NCBI GenBank assembly: GCA_965262785.1
Contig: OZ253559.1
Span: forward strand, 3,378,457-3,442,456
Reading direction: 5' to 3'
Length of the DNA: 64,000 bases
Origin: Rhodothermales bacterium
Lineage (GTDB): Bacteria; Bacteroidota; Rhodothermia; Rhodothermales; Bin80
Position numbers and translations under genes: made by a program. Each line of letters begins with the position of its first letter. Position 1 is the first letter of the stretch. This document shows, in pieces, positions 37,958 to 48,049 of this stretch. Under the pieces are notes generated by a model. The model had not been told where the DNA came from, did not search any database, and saw nothing but the letters and a program-made list of their open reading frames with translations.

Positions 37958-40426
37958 ATGTATCGTCCTTTTCTGATACTCCTACTGGTTGCAGGCCTCG
38001 GCACGGGCTGCGCCCAAAGCCCCGAGGTGGACTTTAACGCGGACATCCGTCCGATCCTTAACGAACGCTGTGTGGCCTGCCATGGCGGGATTCGCCGCCA
38101 AGGGGACCTCAACCTGCTGTTTCGCTCGGAAGCGATGGCAGAGGCCGAGTCTGGACTGCATGCGGTAGTGCCGGGCAAGCCGTCGGAAAGCGAGCTCATG
38201 CGCCGCGTAAGCCATGCCGACCCGGAGCAGCGCATGCCGCAAGAAGGAGAAGCGCTGAACGGGGAGGAAATTCGCCAGCTGCGTCAGTGGATCAAGGATG
38301 GTGCACCCTGGGATGCCCACTGGGCGTATGTCGCCCCGGAAAGGCCTAAGCTGCCAGCCGTGCAGCAAAGCGACTGGCCACTGCATGACCTGGATCGCTA
38401 CATCCTGGCACGGCTGGAGGCGGAAGGCTTTGTCCCTTCGCCGCGGGCGGAATGCCCGACCCTGGTGCGCCGCGTGACGCTGGACCTTACGGGACTGGCA
38501 CCTACGCCTGATGACGTCGCGGCCGTCTGCGAAGGCGATACCACCTATGAAGTCTATGTTGACCAGCTGCTTGCGTCACCCCACTACGGTGAGCGATGGG
38601 CTGCGATGTGGTTAGACTTGGCGCGCTATGCCGACTCCAAAGGCTACGAGAAGGATATAGGCCGCACCATATGGAGATACAGGGACTGGGTCGTAGACGC
38701 ATTTAACGCCGACATGCCCTTTGATCAGTTTACCGTTGAGCAACTGGCTGGAGACCTCTTGCCTGCGCCTACCGAAGACCAGCTCATCGCCACGGCCTTC
38801 AACCGGAATACGATGACCAACACGGAGGGCGGCACCGATGACGAAGAGTTTCGTGTGGCCGCAGTCGTGGACCGCGTCAACACGACGTGGGAAGTATGGC
38901 AAGGCACCTCGTTTGGGTGCGTGCAGTGCCATGGCCACCCATATGATCCCTTCCGACACAAAGAGTACTACCAATTCTTCGCCTACTTCAACAACACGGT
39001 CGATCGGGACTACGACGACGAGTACCCTACCCTGCCTCTTTTTGCCGAAGATGCTGCAGCAGAGGGCGCCGCATTGTTTGAGGAGTGGGAGCAGATTGAG
39101 CAGGAGATCCTGCGCCTGGCGGTCGAAGACTCTATCGCACAAGCCCGTCGTGAATGGGAGTCGCAGCTGGATAGGCCTGAGGTCATTGGCCAGGTGCGCA
39201 ACATGTTGCAGAACGAAGTTCGGCGCGTAGCCTTAACGCCAGAGGCCGATCGAGACGCAGCTCAGCAAACGCTGATTGCGTCGGTCTATGCCGGAATCAG
39301 CCCTGATGAGCGCCTAGGCGCGCTGCGCAAGCGTCGGAGCGCGGTCCGCAAGGCCATCAGCGATCTCGGCCCACTGCAGACACCGATTATGCGCGAACTG
39401 CCATCCCGGCAGCAGCGCCTGACGCATGTCTTTGAGCGCGGCAGCTTCCTCGCCCGTAGGGAAGAGGTTACCGCAGGCACGCCCCTGGCACTGCCGCCAG
39501 TGGAGGAAGATGCTCCGCGCAACCGGCTGGGCATGGCCGAGTGGCTCGTCAGCACCGAGAACCCCCTTACCGCACGCGTCACAGTGAATCGCTTCTGGGA
39601 GCAGCTTTTTGGCTCTGGTATCGTGGCGTCACTGGAGGACTTTGGCACGCAAGGCGATGCACCGTCGCATCCATTGCTTTTGGACCACCTCGCGGTGACC
39701 TTCCAGGAAGACTATGCCTGGAGCACGAAGCGCCTTCTGCGCACGCTGGTCACCTCCGCGACTTACCAGCAGTCCTCACACATAACGCCCGAACTGCAGG
39801 CGGCCGATCCATACAACAGACTCCTGGCACGGGGACCGCGGTTTCGACTTACCGCAGAACAGATTCGCGACCAGGCGCTGCTAGTCAGCGGTCTGTTGAG
39901 CACTACCATGCACGGTCCGCCGGTGATGCCACCACAGCCGGAGGGCTTGTGGAATAACCCGTACGACGGCAGGCGATGGGTCACTAGCGAAGGCGAAGAC
40001 CGCTATCGGCGTGCGCTGTACACGTACTGGCGGCGCACAATTCCGTATCCGTCCATGATTACATTCGACAGCCCGTCACGCGAATTTTGCCTCTCCAGGC
40101 GACTTCGTACAAACACGCCACTACAGGCGCTGGTTGGACTCAACGACCCGGTCTATGTAGAAGCCGCGCAGGCCCTGGCACGGCGTATGGCTCAGCGCGG
40201 AAACGGTTCGCGTGGCCAACTTGCAGCGGGGTATGCGCTAGCGCTCGGGCGAGAGCCGCAGGCGGCTGCGCTTGAAGAACTGGCTACACTCTATGAAGAA
40301 GCGCTGGCCCACTATGAGGCCAGTTCGGAGGATGCACAGGCGATGGGTGGCACGGCGGAGCAAGCGGCCTTGGCTGTCGCTGCCAGCGCGATTTTGAACC
40401 TCGACAGCTTTATAATGAAGGAATGA
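37958..40426 (+). CDS. PSCyt1 + DUF1549 + DUF1553 protein without LamG insert (pair 3)
   Basis: ATG 37958 gives the lipoprotein signal MYRPFLILLLVAGLGTGC (a TTG at 37946 is possible). FNADIRPILNERCVACHGG, CVQCHGHPYDP, NPLTARVTVNRFWEQLFGSGIV. Confidence 0.9.
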   Translation: MYRPFLILLLVAGLGTGCAQSPEVDFNADIRPILNERCVACHGGIRRQGDLNLLFRSEAMAEAESGLHAVVPGKPSESELMRRVSHADPEQRMPQEGEALNGEEIRQLRQWIKDGAPWDAHWAYVAPERPKLPAVQQSDWPLHDLDRYILARLEAEGFVPSPRAECPTLVRRVTLDLTGLAPTPDDVAAVCEGDTTYEVYVDQLLASPHYGERWAAMWLDLARYADSKGYEKDIGRTIWRYRDWVVDAFNADMPFDQFTVEQLAGDLLPAPTEDQLIATAFNRNTMTNTEGGTDDEEFRVAAVVDRVNTTWEVWQGTSFGCVQCHGHPYDPFRHKEYYQFFAYFNNTVDRDYDDEYPTLPLFAEDAAAEGAALFEEWEQIEQEILRLAVEDSIAQARREWESQLDRPEVIGQVRNMLQNEVRRVALTPEADRDAAQQTLIASVYAGISPDERLGALRKRRSAVRKAISDLGPLQTPIMRELPSRQQRLTHVFERGSFLARREEVTAGTPLALPPVEEDAPRNRLGMAEWLVSTENPLTARVTVNRFWEQLFGSGIVASLEDFGTQGDAPSHPLLLDHLAVTFQEDYAWSTKRLLRTLVTSATYQQSSHITPELQAADPYNRLLARGPRFRLTAEQIRDQALLVSGLLSTTMHGPPVMPPQPEGLWNNPYDGRRWVTSEGEDRYRRALYTYWRRTIPYPSMITFDSPSREFCLSRRLRTNTPLQALVGLNDPVYVEAAQALARRMAQRGNGSRGQLAAGYALALGREPQAAALEELATLYEEALAHYEASSEDAQAMGGTAEQAALAVAASAILNLDSFIMKE

Positions 40427-41871
40427 ATGTATTCCAGGAAGCCCGGCACGCCCACCTTGGGAATGTGACGCGGCGCCATTTTTTGCGTACCGCTGGCACG
40501 GGCCTGGGCGCTATCGCGCTGGCGTCCATGGGCGTAAAGCCCGCGCTAGGAGATCCATTGGCACCCAAGCGGCCCCACTTCGCGCCCCGCGCCAAGCGTG
40601 TCATCTTCCTGCATATGGCGGGCGGACCCTCGTCATTGGAACTCTTTGACTACAAACCGGATCTTGTTCGCCTTGACGGGGAACTGTGCCCCGACTCGCT
40701 GCTCGAAGGTAAACGCTTTGCATTCATCCGTGGCGTACCCAAGATGCTTGGCCCGCAGGCCACGTTCGGGCAGCATGGCAAATCCGGCGCGTGGGTATCC
40801 AATCACCTACCGCACTTGGCGCAAGTAGTGGACCAAGTGGCCTTCTTGAAGGCCATGCATACCGACGAATTCAACCATGCGCCGGCGCAGCTCTTGGTGC
40901 ATACCGGCAGCCCGCGCCTCGGGCGACCCAGCATGGGCGCCTGGGCCACGTACGGTCTCGGCACCGAAAACGAAAACCTGCCCGCATTCGTCGTACTGCT
41001 TTCCGGAGGGGCCGCACCGGATGCGGGCGCCAGCGTGTACGGTAGCGGCTTCCTGCCCACGGTATACCAGGGCGTACAGTGCAGGTCCGAAGGCGATCCG
41101 GTGTTGTTCTTGAATGACCCCGCAGGCATGCCGCGCAACCTGCGCAAGGCCTCGATTCAGGCGATAAACCGCATCAATGCGCAACAGCATCAGGAGGTCG
41201 GCGATCCCGAAATTCTGACGCGAATCGCCCAATACGAGATGGCCTTTCGCATGCAGACTTCCGTACCTGAAGCGATGGACATCGGGCAGGAGCCGGACTA
41301 TATCCACCAGATGTACGGAACCCGGCCGGGCGAAACCGCCTTCAGCAACAACTGCCTGCTGGCCCGCCGCCTTGTGGAGCGCGGAGTGCGGTTTATTCAG
41401 CTCTTCCACTGGGGCTGGGACTCACACGGTGCTGGTGCGAGCGAGGCACTCAACGATGGCTTCCTGAAACGCTGCAAGGAAACGGACCGCCCAGTGGCCG
41501 CGCTCATTTTAGACCTTGAGCAGCGCGGTTTGCTTGACGACACGCTCATAGTCTGGGGCGGAGAATTTGGGCGCACGCCGATGCTGGAAAACCGAAGCGG
41601 CAGTGACAACCCGTTCGTAGGGCGGGATCATCACAGTGATGCTTATACGATGTGGATGGCCGGTGGCGGGGTCAGGGGCGGCATCACGCACGGCAAGACC
41701 GATCCCATCGGCTATAGCGGCGTGAGCGGGCGCGTGCATATACACGACCTGCAGGCCACCATCCTGCATCTGCTGGGATTTGATCATCGGCGGCTCACCT
41801 ATGCGTTTCAGGGCCGTGACTTTCGTTTGACGGATGTGCACGGCGAAGTCGTGCACCAAGTGCTTGCCTGA
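40423..41871 (+). CDS. DUF1501 Tat-secreted protein (pair 3)
   Basis: ATGA overlap with the upstream stop. ..VTRRHFLRTAGTGLGAIALA.. (Tat), FLHMAGGPSSLELFDYKP, WGGEFGRTP. Confidence 0.9.
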   Translation: MNVFQEARHAHLGNVTRRHFLRTAGTGLGAIALASMGVKPALGDPLAPKRPHFAPRAKRVIFLHMAGGPSSLELFDYKPDLVRLDGELCPDSLLEGKRFAFIRGVPKMLGPQATFGQHGKSGAWVSNHLPHLAQVVDQVAFLKAMHTDEFNHAPAQLLVHTGSPRLGRPSMGAWATYGLGTENENLPAFVVLLSGGAAPDAGASVYGSGFLPTVYQGVQCRSEGDPVLFLNDPAGMPRNLRKASIQAINRINAQQHQEVGDPEILTRIAQYEMAFRMQTSVPEAMDIGQEPDYIHQMYGTRPGETAFSNNCLLARRLVERGVRFIQLFHWGWDSHGAGASEALNDGFLKRCKETDRPVAALILDLEQRGLLDDTLIVWGGEFGRTPMLENRSGSDNPFVGRDHHSDAYTMWMAGGGVRGGITHGKTDPIGYSGVSGRVHIHDLQATILHLLGFDHRRLTYAFQGRDFRLTDVHGEVVHQVLA

Positions 41872-41875
41872 TACT

Positions 41876-43390
41876 ATGACAAAGAAGGCGCTAATCAGCC
41901 TTGCCGCAGGACTCGCGTTCCTGTTTCTGATGCTCCTGCTGGTGCCCGGCGGCGGGCGCCCCACGGACTTTTCGTTGTTCCTGGGACGGTTTCACCCGCT
42001 GGTAGTCCACCTGCCAATCGGTATCCTCTTTTTAGGGATACTGTTGGAACTCCTTTCGCGACGCTGGAGCAAGCTACAGCAGTCGGTTTTGACCCTGCTT
42101 TTTGCCGGTGCCTGGGCCGCTATCCTGGCCGCTGTGGTAGGACTGTACCTTGCGCAGGGAGGGGGATATGACCCGGGTACGCTGGCCTGGCACAAGCGGC
42201 TGGGCGTGCTGATAGCGATCGCAGCCAGTGCGGCTTTTGCGTTGAAGTCGTGGCCTGATGTCGCCATGCGGCCGTCGACCATTGCCGAAAGCCGCGGATA
42301 CATTGGTTCTGTCGCGGCCCTGGTGCTCTTTGTGGCGCTCGCGGGACACCTGGGCGGCCAGCTTACCCACGGCGACGGGTTCCTCACGCGGTACATGCCG
42401 AATGGATTGCGATCGATAGCGGGCCTTCCGAAGAAAGAAGACATTGGAAAGCTGCAACTTGAGGATCCAGCCAAGACCACCACCTTTGATGCCCTGATTG
42501 CACCCGTGCTTCAGGAAAAGTGCGTGAGCTGCCATCGGGAAGATCGAGCGCGGGGCGGACTTGCTTTGGACACGCCGGAGTCCCTGTTGGCTGGTGGCGA
42601 TGACGGCCCTGTCGTCATTGAGGGGCGCGCCGAAGAGAGCGAGCTGATCCACCGCGTGTGGCTTCCTCTGAACGCCGACGACCACATGCCGCCGGAAGGT
42701 AGCCCGCAGCTCACAGTAGCGGAGGCCGAGCTTGTGCGATGGTGGATTGACGCGGGCGCTTCGCTTGAGGTGATGCTGGCTGATGCGGAGGTGACGCCAG
42801 TGGTCCAGACCATCCTGGACGGGTATGGTCTGGATGAGATCAAGACCGGCATCTTCGCTCTCGACACTGCGCAGCCGGATTCCAATGACATCGCTGCGCT
42901 TGAGGCATTGGGCGTATCCGTCACGGCCCTCGCCGAAGATGTGCCCTACCTGCAGGTACGCTGCACGAATCTTGATGCCTGCAATACGGCAGAATTTGCA
43001 CAGGGGCTTCGCCCGCTTTCACGTAGCGTGGCATGGCTCGACCTGGGGCGTACTGAAGTGGGTGACGCGATTCTGGATGTAGTCCAGGAGCTTCCGCACC
43101 TTACGCGTCTATATTTGCAGCAGACGGCGGTAACGGATGCCGGGCTTTCAAACCTCGAAGGCTTGGAGTTTTTGGAGTATCTGAATCTTTATGGAACCAG
43201 CGTCAGCGATACCGGCCTGGTTGCGCTTGCCGGCCTGCCTTCCCTCCGCTCGCTGTACCTGTGGCAGACTCAAGTTACCGACGAAGGTGTCGCCAGCCTG
43301 CAGGCGGCAGCGCCGAGCCTTTACATCAACACCGGGCTTAGCCTTGAACCGGTAGTCATGGAAGAAGAGGAATCCGAAGACGCAGAATGA
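41876..43390 (+). CDS. membrane protein: multi-TM DUF2231-like N-domain + PSCyt1 cytochrome-c-like domain + leucine-rich repeats
   Basis: ATG 41876 (MTKKALISLAAGLAFLFLMLLLV). About 5 hydrophobic helices including ..FHPLVVHLPIGILFLGILLELL... Then ..IAPVLQEKCVSCHRED.. (CxxCH). Then LRRs (..LTRLYLQQTAVTDAGLSNLEGLEFLEYLNLYGTSVSDTGL..LRSLYLWQTQVTDEG..). Confidence 0.85.
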   Translation: MTKKALISLAAGLAFLFLMLLLVPGGGRPTDFSLFLGRFHPLVVHLPIGILFLGILLELLSRRWSKLQQSVLTLLFAGAWAAILAAVVGLYLAQGGGYDPGTLAWHKRLGVLIAIAASAAFALKSWPDVAMRPSTIAESRGYIGSVAALVLFVALAGHLGGQLTHGDGFLTRYMPNGLRSIAGLPKKEDIGKLQLEDPAKTTTFDALIAPVLQEKCVSCHREDRARGGLALDTPESLLAGGDDGPVVIEGRAEESELIHRVWLPLNADDHMPPEGSPQLTVAEAELVRWWIDAGASLEVMLADAEVTPVVQTILDGYGLDEIKTGIFALDTAQPDSNDIAALEALGVSVTALAEDVPYLQVRCTNLDACNTAEFAQGLRPLSRSVAWLDLGRTEVGDAILDVVQELPHLTRLYLQQTAVTDAGLSNLEGLEFLEYLNLYGTSVSDTGLVALAGLPSLRSLYLWQTQVTDEGVASLQAAAPSLYINTGLSLEPVVMEEEESEDAE

Positions 43391-45123
43391 AACTCTGGCC
43401 ACTACTTCTTTTCGCCGCCCTAAGCTGCGCGGTTCCAGCCCCCGACGTAACGGTTGAACAGCCGCCAACGCTCGATCGTCCGAACATCGTATGGATTTCA
43501 GCGGAAGACATGGGGCCCCGTTTGGGTGCTTACGGCGACAGGGTGGCTCAAACGCCCAACCTCGATTTGCTTGCCACCAAGGGCACACGCTATACGCGCG
43601 TGTTTACTACTGCCGGGGTATGTTCGCCCAGCCGCGCCGCGATCATCACTGGGATGCACCAGGTATCTCTTGGCGCCCAGCACATGCGAACACTGTCGGG
43701 AGCACCCTTTGCGCCCGAGCCCACACCTTACTCGGTGGTACCGCCGCACTATGTAAAAACGTTTTCGGAGTATCTCCGCGCGGCAGGATACTATACCTCG
43801 AACAACGGCAAGGAGGACTACCAGTTCGAGACGCCTGTGACGGCGTGGGATGAGTCCAGCAGAACAGCGCACTGGCGCAATCGCCCAGAGCAAGACCAAC
43901 CCTTTTTTGCGGTGTTTAATATCATGACTACGCACGAGAGTCGAGTCTGGCCGGATCCGCAGGCAGCGTTTCGTGCGATGGGCCTGCCGGAGGCCATGGC
44001 ACATCCTGCACCGGCACCCTTGGTCACCGATCCCGCTGCCGTCACGGTGCCTCCGTACTACCCGGACACGCCCGTAGTGCGCCGCGACCTTGCGCAGCAG
44101 TACGACAACATCAGCAGGATGGACGCACAGGCCGGCGAAATCTTGCGGCAACTGGAAGAAGATGACCTGCTCGAGAACACCGTGGTGTTTTTCTGGAGCG
44201 ACCATGGCGACGGCCTTCCGCGCCACAAGCGTTGGGTGTACGACTCCGGCCTTCACGTACCGATGATTATCCACGTGCCGGGGCAGTCCCCTGGCGTAGA
44301 TGACCAGCTTGTCAGCTTTCTTGATTTGGCTCCCACGGTGCTCTCGTTGGCAGGCGTAGAGCCGCCTATGCACATGCAGGGTCGTGCGCTGCTGGGAAGG
44401 TTCGCGGGCAACAAGGCGGGCCATGACTATGTCTACGCGGCGCGCGACCGCTTTGACGAGCAGTATGACATGGTGCGCGCGGTGAGGGATACGCGCTTCA
44501 AATACATCCGAAACTACCGTCCAGAGAAACCATACGTGCTGTGGATGGCATACGCTAACGTGATGCCCACGATGCAGGAGCTTTTTCGGCTGAACCGTGG
44601 GGGCGAACTGGATGACGTTCAGCAGCAATGGTTGCGAACGAAGCGGCCGGTTCACGAGCTCTACGATACCGAGCGGGACCCGTACGAGGTAAACAATCTC
44701 GCGTACGATCCGGCGCATAGAGAGACCCTTGCGCGGCTGCAGGAAGAATTGGACTCGTGGATGACGGCTGTTGGAGATAAGGGGTTTAATTCAGAGCTGG
44801 ACATGGTAAATACTATGTGGCCTGATGGCATGCAGCCGAGGACCCAGCCTGTGGCCATCCTTCCACGTGCCACGATGAGCACGGCGCTTGTCCCTTCCGG
44901 GCTGGACCCTGCCGCAAGTGGCGGGGTGTTTGACGCGCCTGTAGAGATAGAGATGTATAGTCCTACGCAGGGGGCGTCTATCACTTACACTACCGGAGAT
45001 CGATGGCTACTATACCATGAGCCGATTGTGGTAACTGCCACCACCACCATCGAGGCCAAAGCAGTCCGCTACGGATATCAGGAGAGTGACGCTGTCGAAG
45101 TCACCGTTACGATCGGCTTGTAA
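43387..45123 (+). CDS. sulfatase (formylglycine-dependent arylsulfatase family)
   Basis: ATGA overlap with the upstream stop. Signal peptide MKLWPLLLFAALSCA. Active-site motif GVCSPSRAAIITGM (CxPxR). ..FFWSDHGD... Confidence 0.9.
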   Translation: MKLWPLLLFAALSCAVPAPDVTVEQPPTLDRPNIVWISAEDMGPRLGAYGDRVAQTPNLDLLATKGTRYTRVFTTAGVCSPSRAAIITGMHQVSLGAQHMRTLSGAPFAPEPTPYSVVPPHYVKTFSEYLRAAGYYTSNNGKEDYQFETPVTAWDESSRTAHWRNRPEQDQPFFAVFNIMTTHESRVWPDPQAAFRAMGLPEAMAHPAPAPLVTDPAAVTVPPYYPDTPVVRRDLAQQYDNISRMDAQAGEILRQLEEDDLLENTVVFFWSDHGDGLPRHKRWVYDSGLHVPMIIHVPGQSPGVDDQLVSFLDLAPTVLSLAGVEPPMHMQGRALLGRFAGNKAGHDYVYAARDRFDEQYDMVRAVRDTRFKYIRNYRPEKPYVLWMAYANVMPTMQELFRLNRGGELDDVQQQWLRTKRPVHELYDTERDPYEVNNLAYDPAHRETLARLQEELDSWMTAVGDKGFNSELDMVNTMWPDGMQPRTQPVAILPRATMSTALVPSGLDPAASGGVFDAPVEIEMYSPTQGASITYTTGDRWLLYHEPIVVTATTTIEAKAVRYGYQESDAVEVTVTIGL

Positions 45124-45170
45124 GTGCTCCAGTGGTAGCAAACTGCACTGGCAGGCACTAGGGTTGTAGC

Positions 45171-45800
45171 ATGAATTGGAATTCGCTATCTTCCTGCCGC
45201 GATCTCAATTCGGCAATCATTCTTCGAGCAATTCAAACTTTGGATAGCGCCATGGCGTAGCTGGCTCTTATTGACCTCGAGACCAATCTCAAGGACGTAG
45301 CGGAGCTCATTGAGGCTCATAAAGAATTGACTGGAGGAAAGCGCGGGAAGCCTCGAGAAGGCAAGGGCGCGGCGGTGGTTCGTTCTGGTGTTGTGCTTCT
45401 GCTGGCGGCCGTGGAGGTCTACGTGGAGGCCCTCTTTGAAGAGGCTGCACCACATATATTCGCGAAGTCGTCGGGTAAGAAACTTGATGTACTCTTCCGT
45501 AACACTAGCAAACGGCTGCACAGTGCATCATACGACAATATCGAGATGCTGTATTTCAATTTGGGTTTGCCGTGGGTGCTGTCGGAAATCAAATGGCAGA
45601 AGTTTTCGAACGACTCGGTAAGAAGGGCATTCACAAAACTAGTGAAGACTCGGCATGATATTGCACACGGCAAGTTCCCTGGCGTTACGCTGCAACAGCT
45701 TAAGAAATGGAAGGTAATGGTTGAGAAGTTTGCACCAATTCTTGAAGCAAGGGTGTCCAATCACATTGCCGATATTAAAGGTGCGCCTCCCGGTTGGTAG
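45171..45800 (+). pseudogene. HEPN-domain protein (RiboL-PSP/MAE_28990-like), interrupted by an in-frame TAG at 45258..45260
   Basis: Reading from ATG 45171: MNWNSLSSCRDLNSAIILRAIQTLDSAMA*LALIDLETNLKDVAELIEAHKELTGG..VVRSGVVLLLAAVEVYVEALFEE..LVKTRHDIAHGKF.. (Rx4H HEPN motif). The ORF track only finds the TTG-initiated 45327..45800 part. Confidence 0.65.
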
Positions 45801-45970
45801 CATGCGCATAGGATTCGAGTGAATCAATTCTTTCCCCACGCTGGCAAGGGCTATTTTGGTGTTTCTTTTCAACATCAAATTGGGTACCGACCAGCCAGCA
45901 TTGGCGTGAATGCTATTCACATCGGGACGTCCCGGTCCCGCCATTATCCGTCGTCCAAGGAGCCAATAAT

Positions 45971-45992
45971 TTCTTAACGGAAGTTTGTCACT
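45971..45992. repeat. IS1634-like terminal inverted repeat (left)
   Basis: TCTTAACGGAAGTTTGTCACTT. 21/22 match to the reverse complement of 48050..48071. Confidence 0.8.
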
Positions 45993-46158
45993 TTTGCCGA
46001 GGGACGAGGTGTTGGCACGGTTCAAATAGGCGACTTTAACTCGATTATCATCTAGTACTCATAGGGTTTATAACCGTTATTATTGATGAAGTCTGTTGTA
46101 GTGCTATTTTAGTGTTATTCATCAATACTTCACACAGGCAACGCCCCCACCCGCTATA

Positions 46159-47973
46159 TTGGGCGCAGGCCAATACGACTGCGCCGTGTACATCCGCAGG
46201 AGAGTCTACAAGCTCAAAGATGCAACGCAACGCACCGGATACGGACTGCTCGAATGCCGACGTGTCAATGGCCAGCCCAATCAAAAAACCATCCTGAACC
46301 TTGGACAGGACTTTGACATTGCCGAAGCCGACTGGCCCACCGTAACCAAGCGGGTTGAGCTGGCACTGCGCGGACAGCGCGCACTACCGCTGGAGGATGA
46401 GAAGATCGAATGCGCCGTGGACGAGATCGTGCGCCGGCTGCGTGAGAAGGACTACGATGTGGACGCCGGACGCGACGACCGCGACGCCATCATTACCGAC
46501 GCAGTGCATCATCCGGATACACGCACGGTCGGCGGCGAGCGCGTATGCCTGCAAGCCTTGGAGCAACTCGGCTTCACGGCGCTGCTACGCGCGCTGGGCA
46601 TGCGAGAAGATGCTATTCGCATGGCCCTGGTTCTGGTGGTTGGGCGCATGTTGTCGCCCGGAAGTGAGGCGCATACGTACCAGTGGATGATGAAGGCCTC
46701 CGCCATTTTGGAGCTGGTGCAGCTGGAGGCCCCGTGCGCAAGTACGCTGTACCGGGTAGGCGATCGGCTGTATGCGCTGCGCGAAGCGCTTATGGACGGA
46801 CTCTATGGCAATGCGCAGCGGCTGTTGGGCTTTAGTGAGACGCTCATCTTGTATGATCTGACCAACACATTCTACACGGGTCGCAAGAAAGGCGCGCTCC
46901 TGGCGTATGGACGAAGCAAGGAAAAGCGATCGGATTGTCCGTTGGTGACGTTGGCCTTAATGCTGGACGCGTCCGGCTTTGTGCGTGGCGCAGCCGTCCT
47001 TGCTGGCAATGCCAGCGAACCAAAGACGCTTCAACAGGCCATGGAGCGGCTCAATGGCGCTCGTGCGACCGTCATCATGGACGCGGGCATAGCCACGCGC
47101 GCCAATGTGGCGTACTTGCGGTCGAAGGGACTGGATTGGATCTGTGTGCAGCGCACGCAGGCGCCGCCACCCCCTGAACGCGCGCCGGAGGAGTGCTGGA
47201 ATACACAAAGCGGGGTCTCCATCAAAGCCTGGCGCCTGGAGCAGCAAGAGGGAACGCTGCAAGTCTACCTGCATAGCGAGGCACGCAAGGCCACCGGTGA
47301 TCGCATACTGAACACCAGGCGCGCAAAGTTCGAGGCTGCGCTGAAAACCCTGCACGAGGGACTCTCCAAGCCCCGCTGCGTCAAGGAATACGACAAGGTG
47401 CAACGCAGACTCGGTCGCGAGCTCGAAAGGCATAAGCGCGTCTCGTACCAGTACAAGATCGATGTCTTGCGCAAAAAGGACAGTACGCACGCGAAGGCGG
47501 TCACCTTTACGCACCTGTCTGCGTTTGAGCAGCAGACGCAAGCATCGGGCGGCTACATCCTGCATACCAGCCACACGGACTGGTCTGCCTCGCAAATCGC
47601 ACGCACATACTGGAAGCTTGCAGACATCGAGCGCACGTTTCGTTCGCTGAAGTCCGAGTTGGGCATGCGTCCCCTATACCACAGCAAGGATGAGCGCATC
47701 CGGACACACATCTTCCTCTCGGTACTGGCCTATCAGGCGGTGCAACTCATTCGCACGAAGCTGAAGCAGTATGACCTCCACAGCAGCTGGACCACGCTGC
47801 AGTTTGAGCTGAACCGGTGGCACCGGATCACGACCGTATTGCCAACAGACCGGCGCTCCTGCATTCTGTTGAAGAAGGATGCAGACCAAGGTCCGCTCCA
47901 GCGCCAGATCGCCATGATTATGGGCCTCAAGCCTCACAACTACACCTACAAGGCGCACACAAAACGACCCTGA
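46159..47973 (+). CDS. IS1634-family DDE transposase
   Basis: The N-terminus ..VYKLKDATQRTGYGLLECRRVNGQPNQKTILNLGQDF.. is typical of IS1634 (..vreGgKvrq.tl.nLG...). ..LILYDLTNTFYTG.., ..VIMDAGIAT.NV..L.., ..YWKLADIERTFRSLKSELGMRPLYH.. carry the DDE signature. The start codon is uncertain. Confidence 0.85.
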   Translation: MGAGQYDCAVYIRRRVYKLKDATQRTGYGLLECRRVNGQPNQKTILNLGQDFDIAEADWPTVTKRVELALRGQRALPLEDEKIECAVDEIVRRLREKDYDVDAGRDDRDAIITDAVHHPDTRTVGGERVCLQALEQLGFTALLRALGMREDAIRMALVLVVGRMLSPGSEAHTYQWMMKASAILELVQLEAPCASTLYRVGDRLYALREALMDGLYGNAQRLLGFSETLILYDLTNTFYTGRKKGALLAYGRSKEKRSDCPLVTLALMLDASGFVRGAAVLAGNASEPKTLQQAMERLNGARATVIMDAGIATRANVAYLRSKGLDWICVQRTQAPPPPERAPEECWNTQSGVSIKAWRLEQQEGTLQVYLHSEARKATGDRILNTRRAKFEAALKTLHEGLSKPRCVKEYDKVQRRLGRELERHKRVSYQYKIDVLRKKDSTHAKAVTFTHLSAFEQQTQASGGYILHTSHTDWSASQIARTYWKLADIERTFRSLKSELGMRPLYHSKDERIRTHIFLSVLAYQAVQLIRTKLKQYDLHSSWTTLQFELNRWHRITTVLPTDRRSCILLKKDADQGPLQRQIAMIMGLKPHNYTYKAHTKRP

Positions 47974-48049
47974 AATGGTAGTGCTATAGAAAAAGACAGT
48001 TTTCGTAAGTGACTGTCTGAAGGGTACTTACTGGCTCTTGGAAAAAATA

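Noticed and set aside
45639-46025. 128-aa minus-strand ORF spanning the HEPN gene 3' end and the IS1634 left end.
   Set aside because: It is antisense to the HEPN coding sequence and crosses the IS inverted repeat. I tested whether it could be the continuation of a gene split by the IS. Joining 48072.. to ..45970 gives only a 32-codon ORF.
47994-48018. Hairpin AGACAGT-(11 nt)-ACTGTCT just after the IS1634 transposase stop.
   Set aside because: A 7-bp stem with no following T-run. It could be an IS-internal structure, but it is not a convincing intrinsic terminator.
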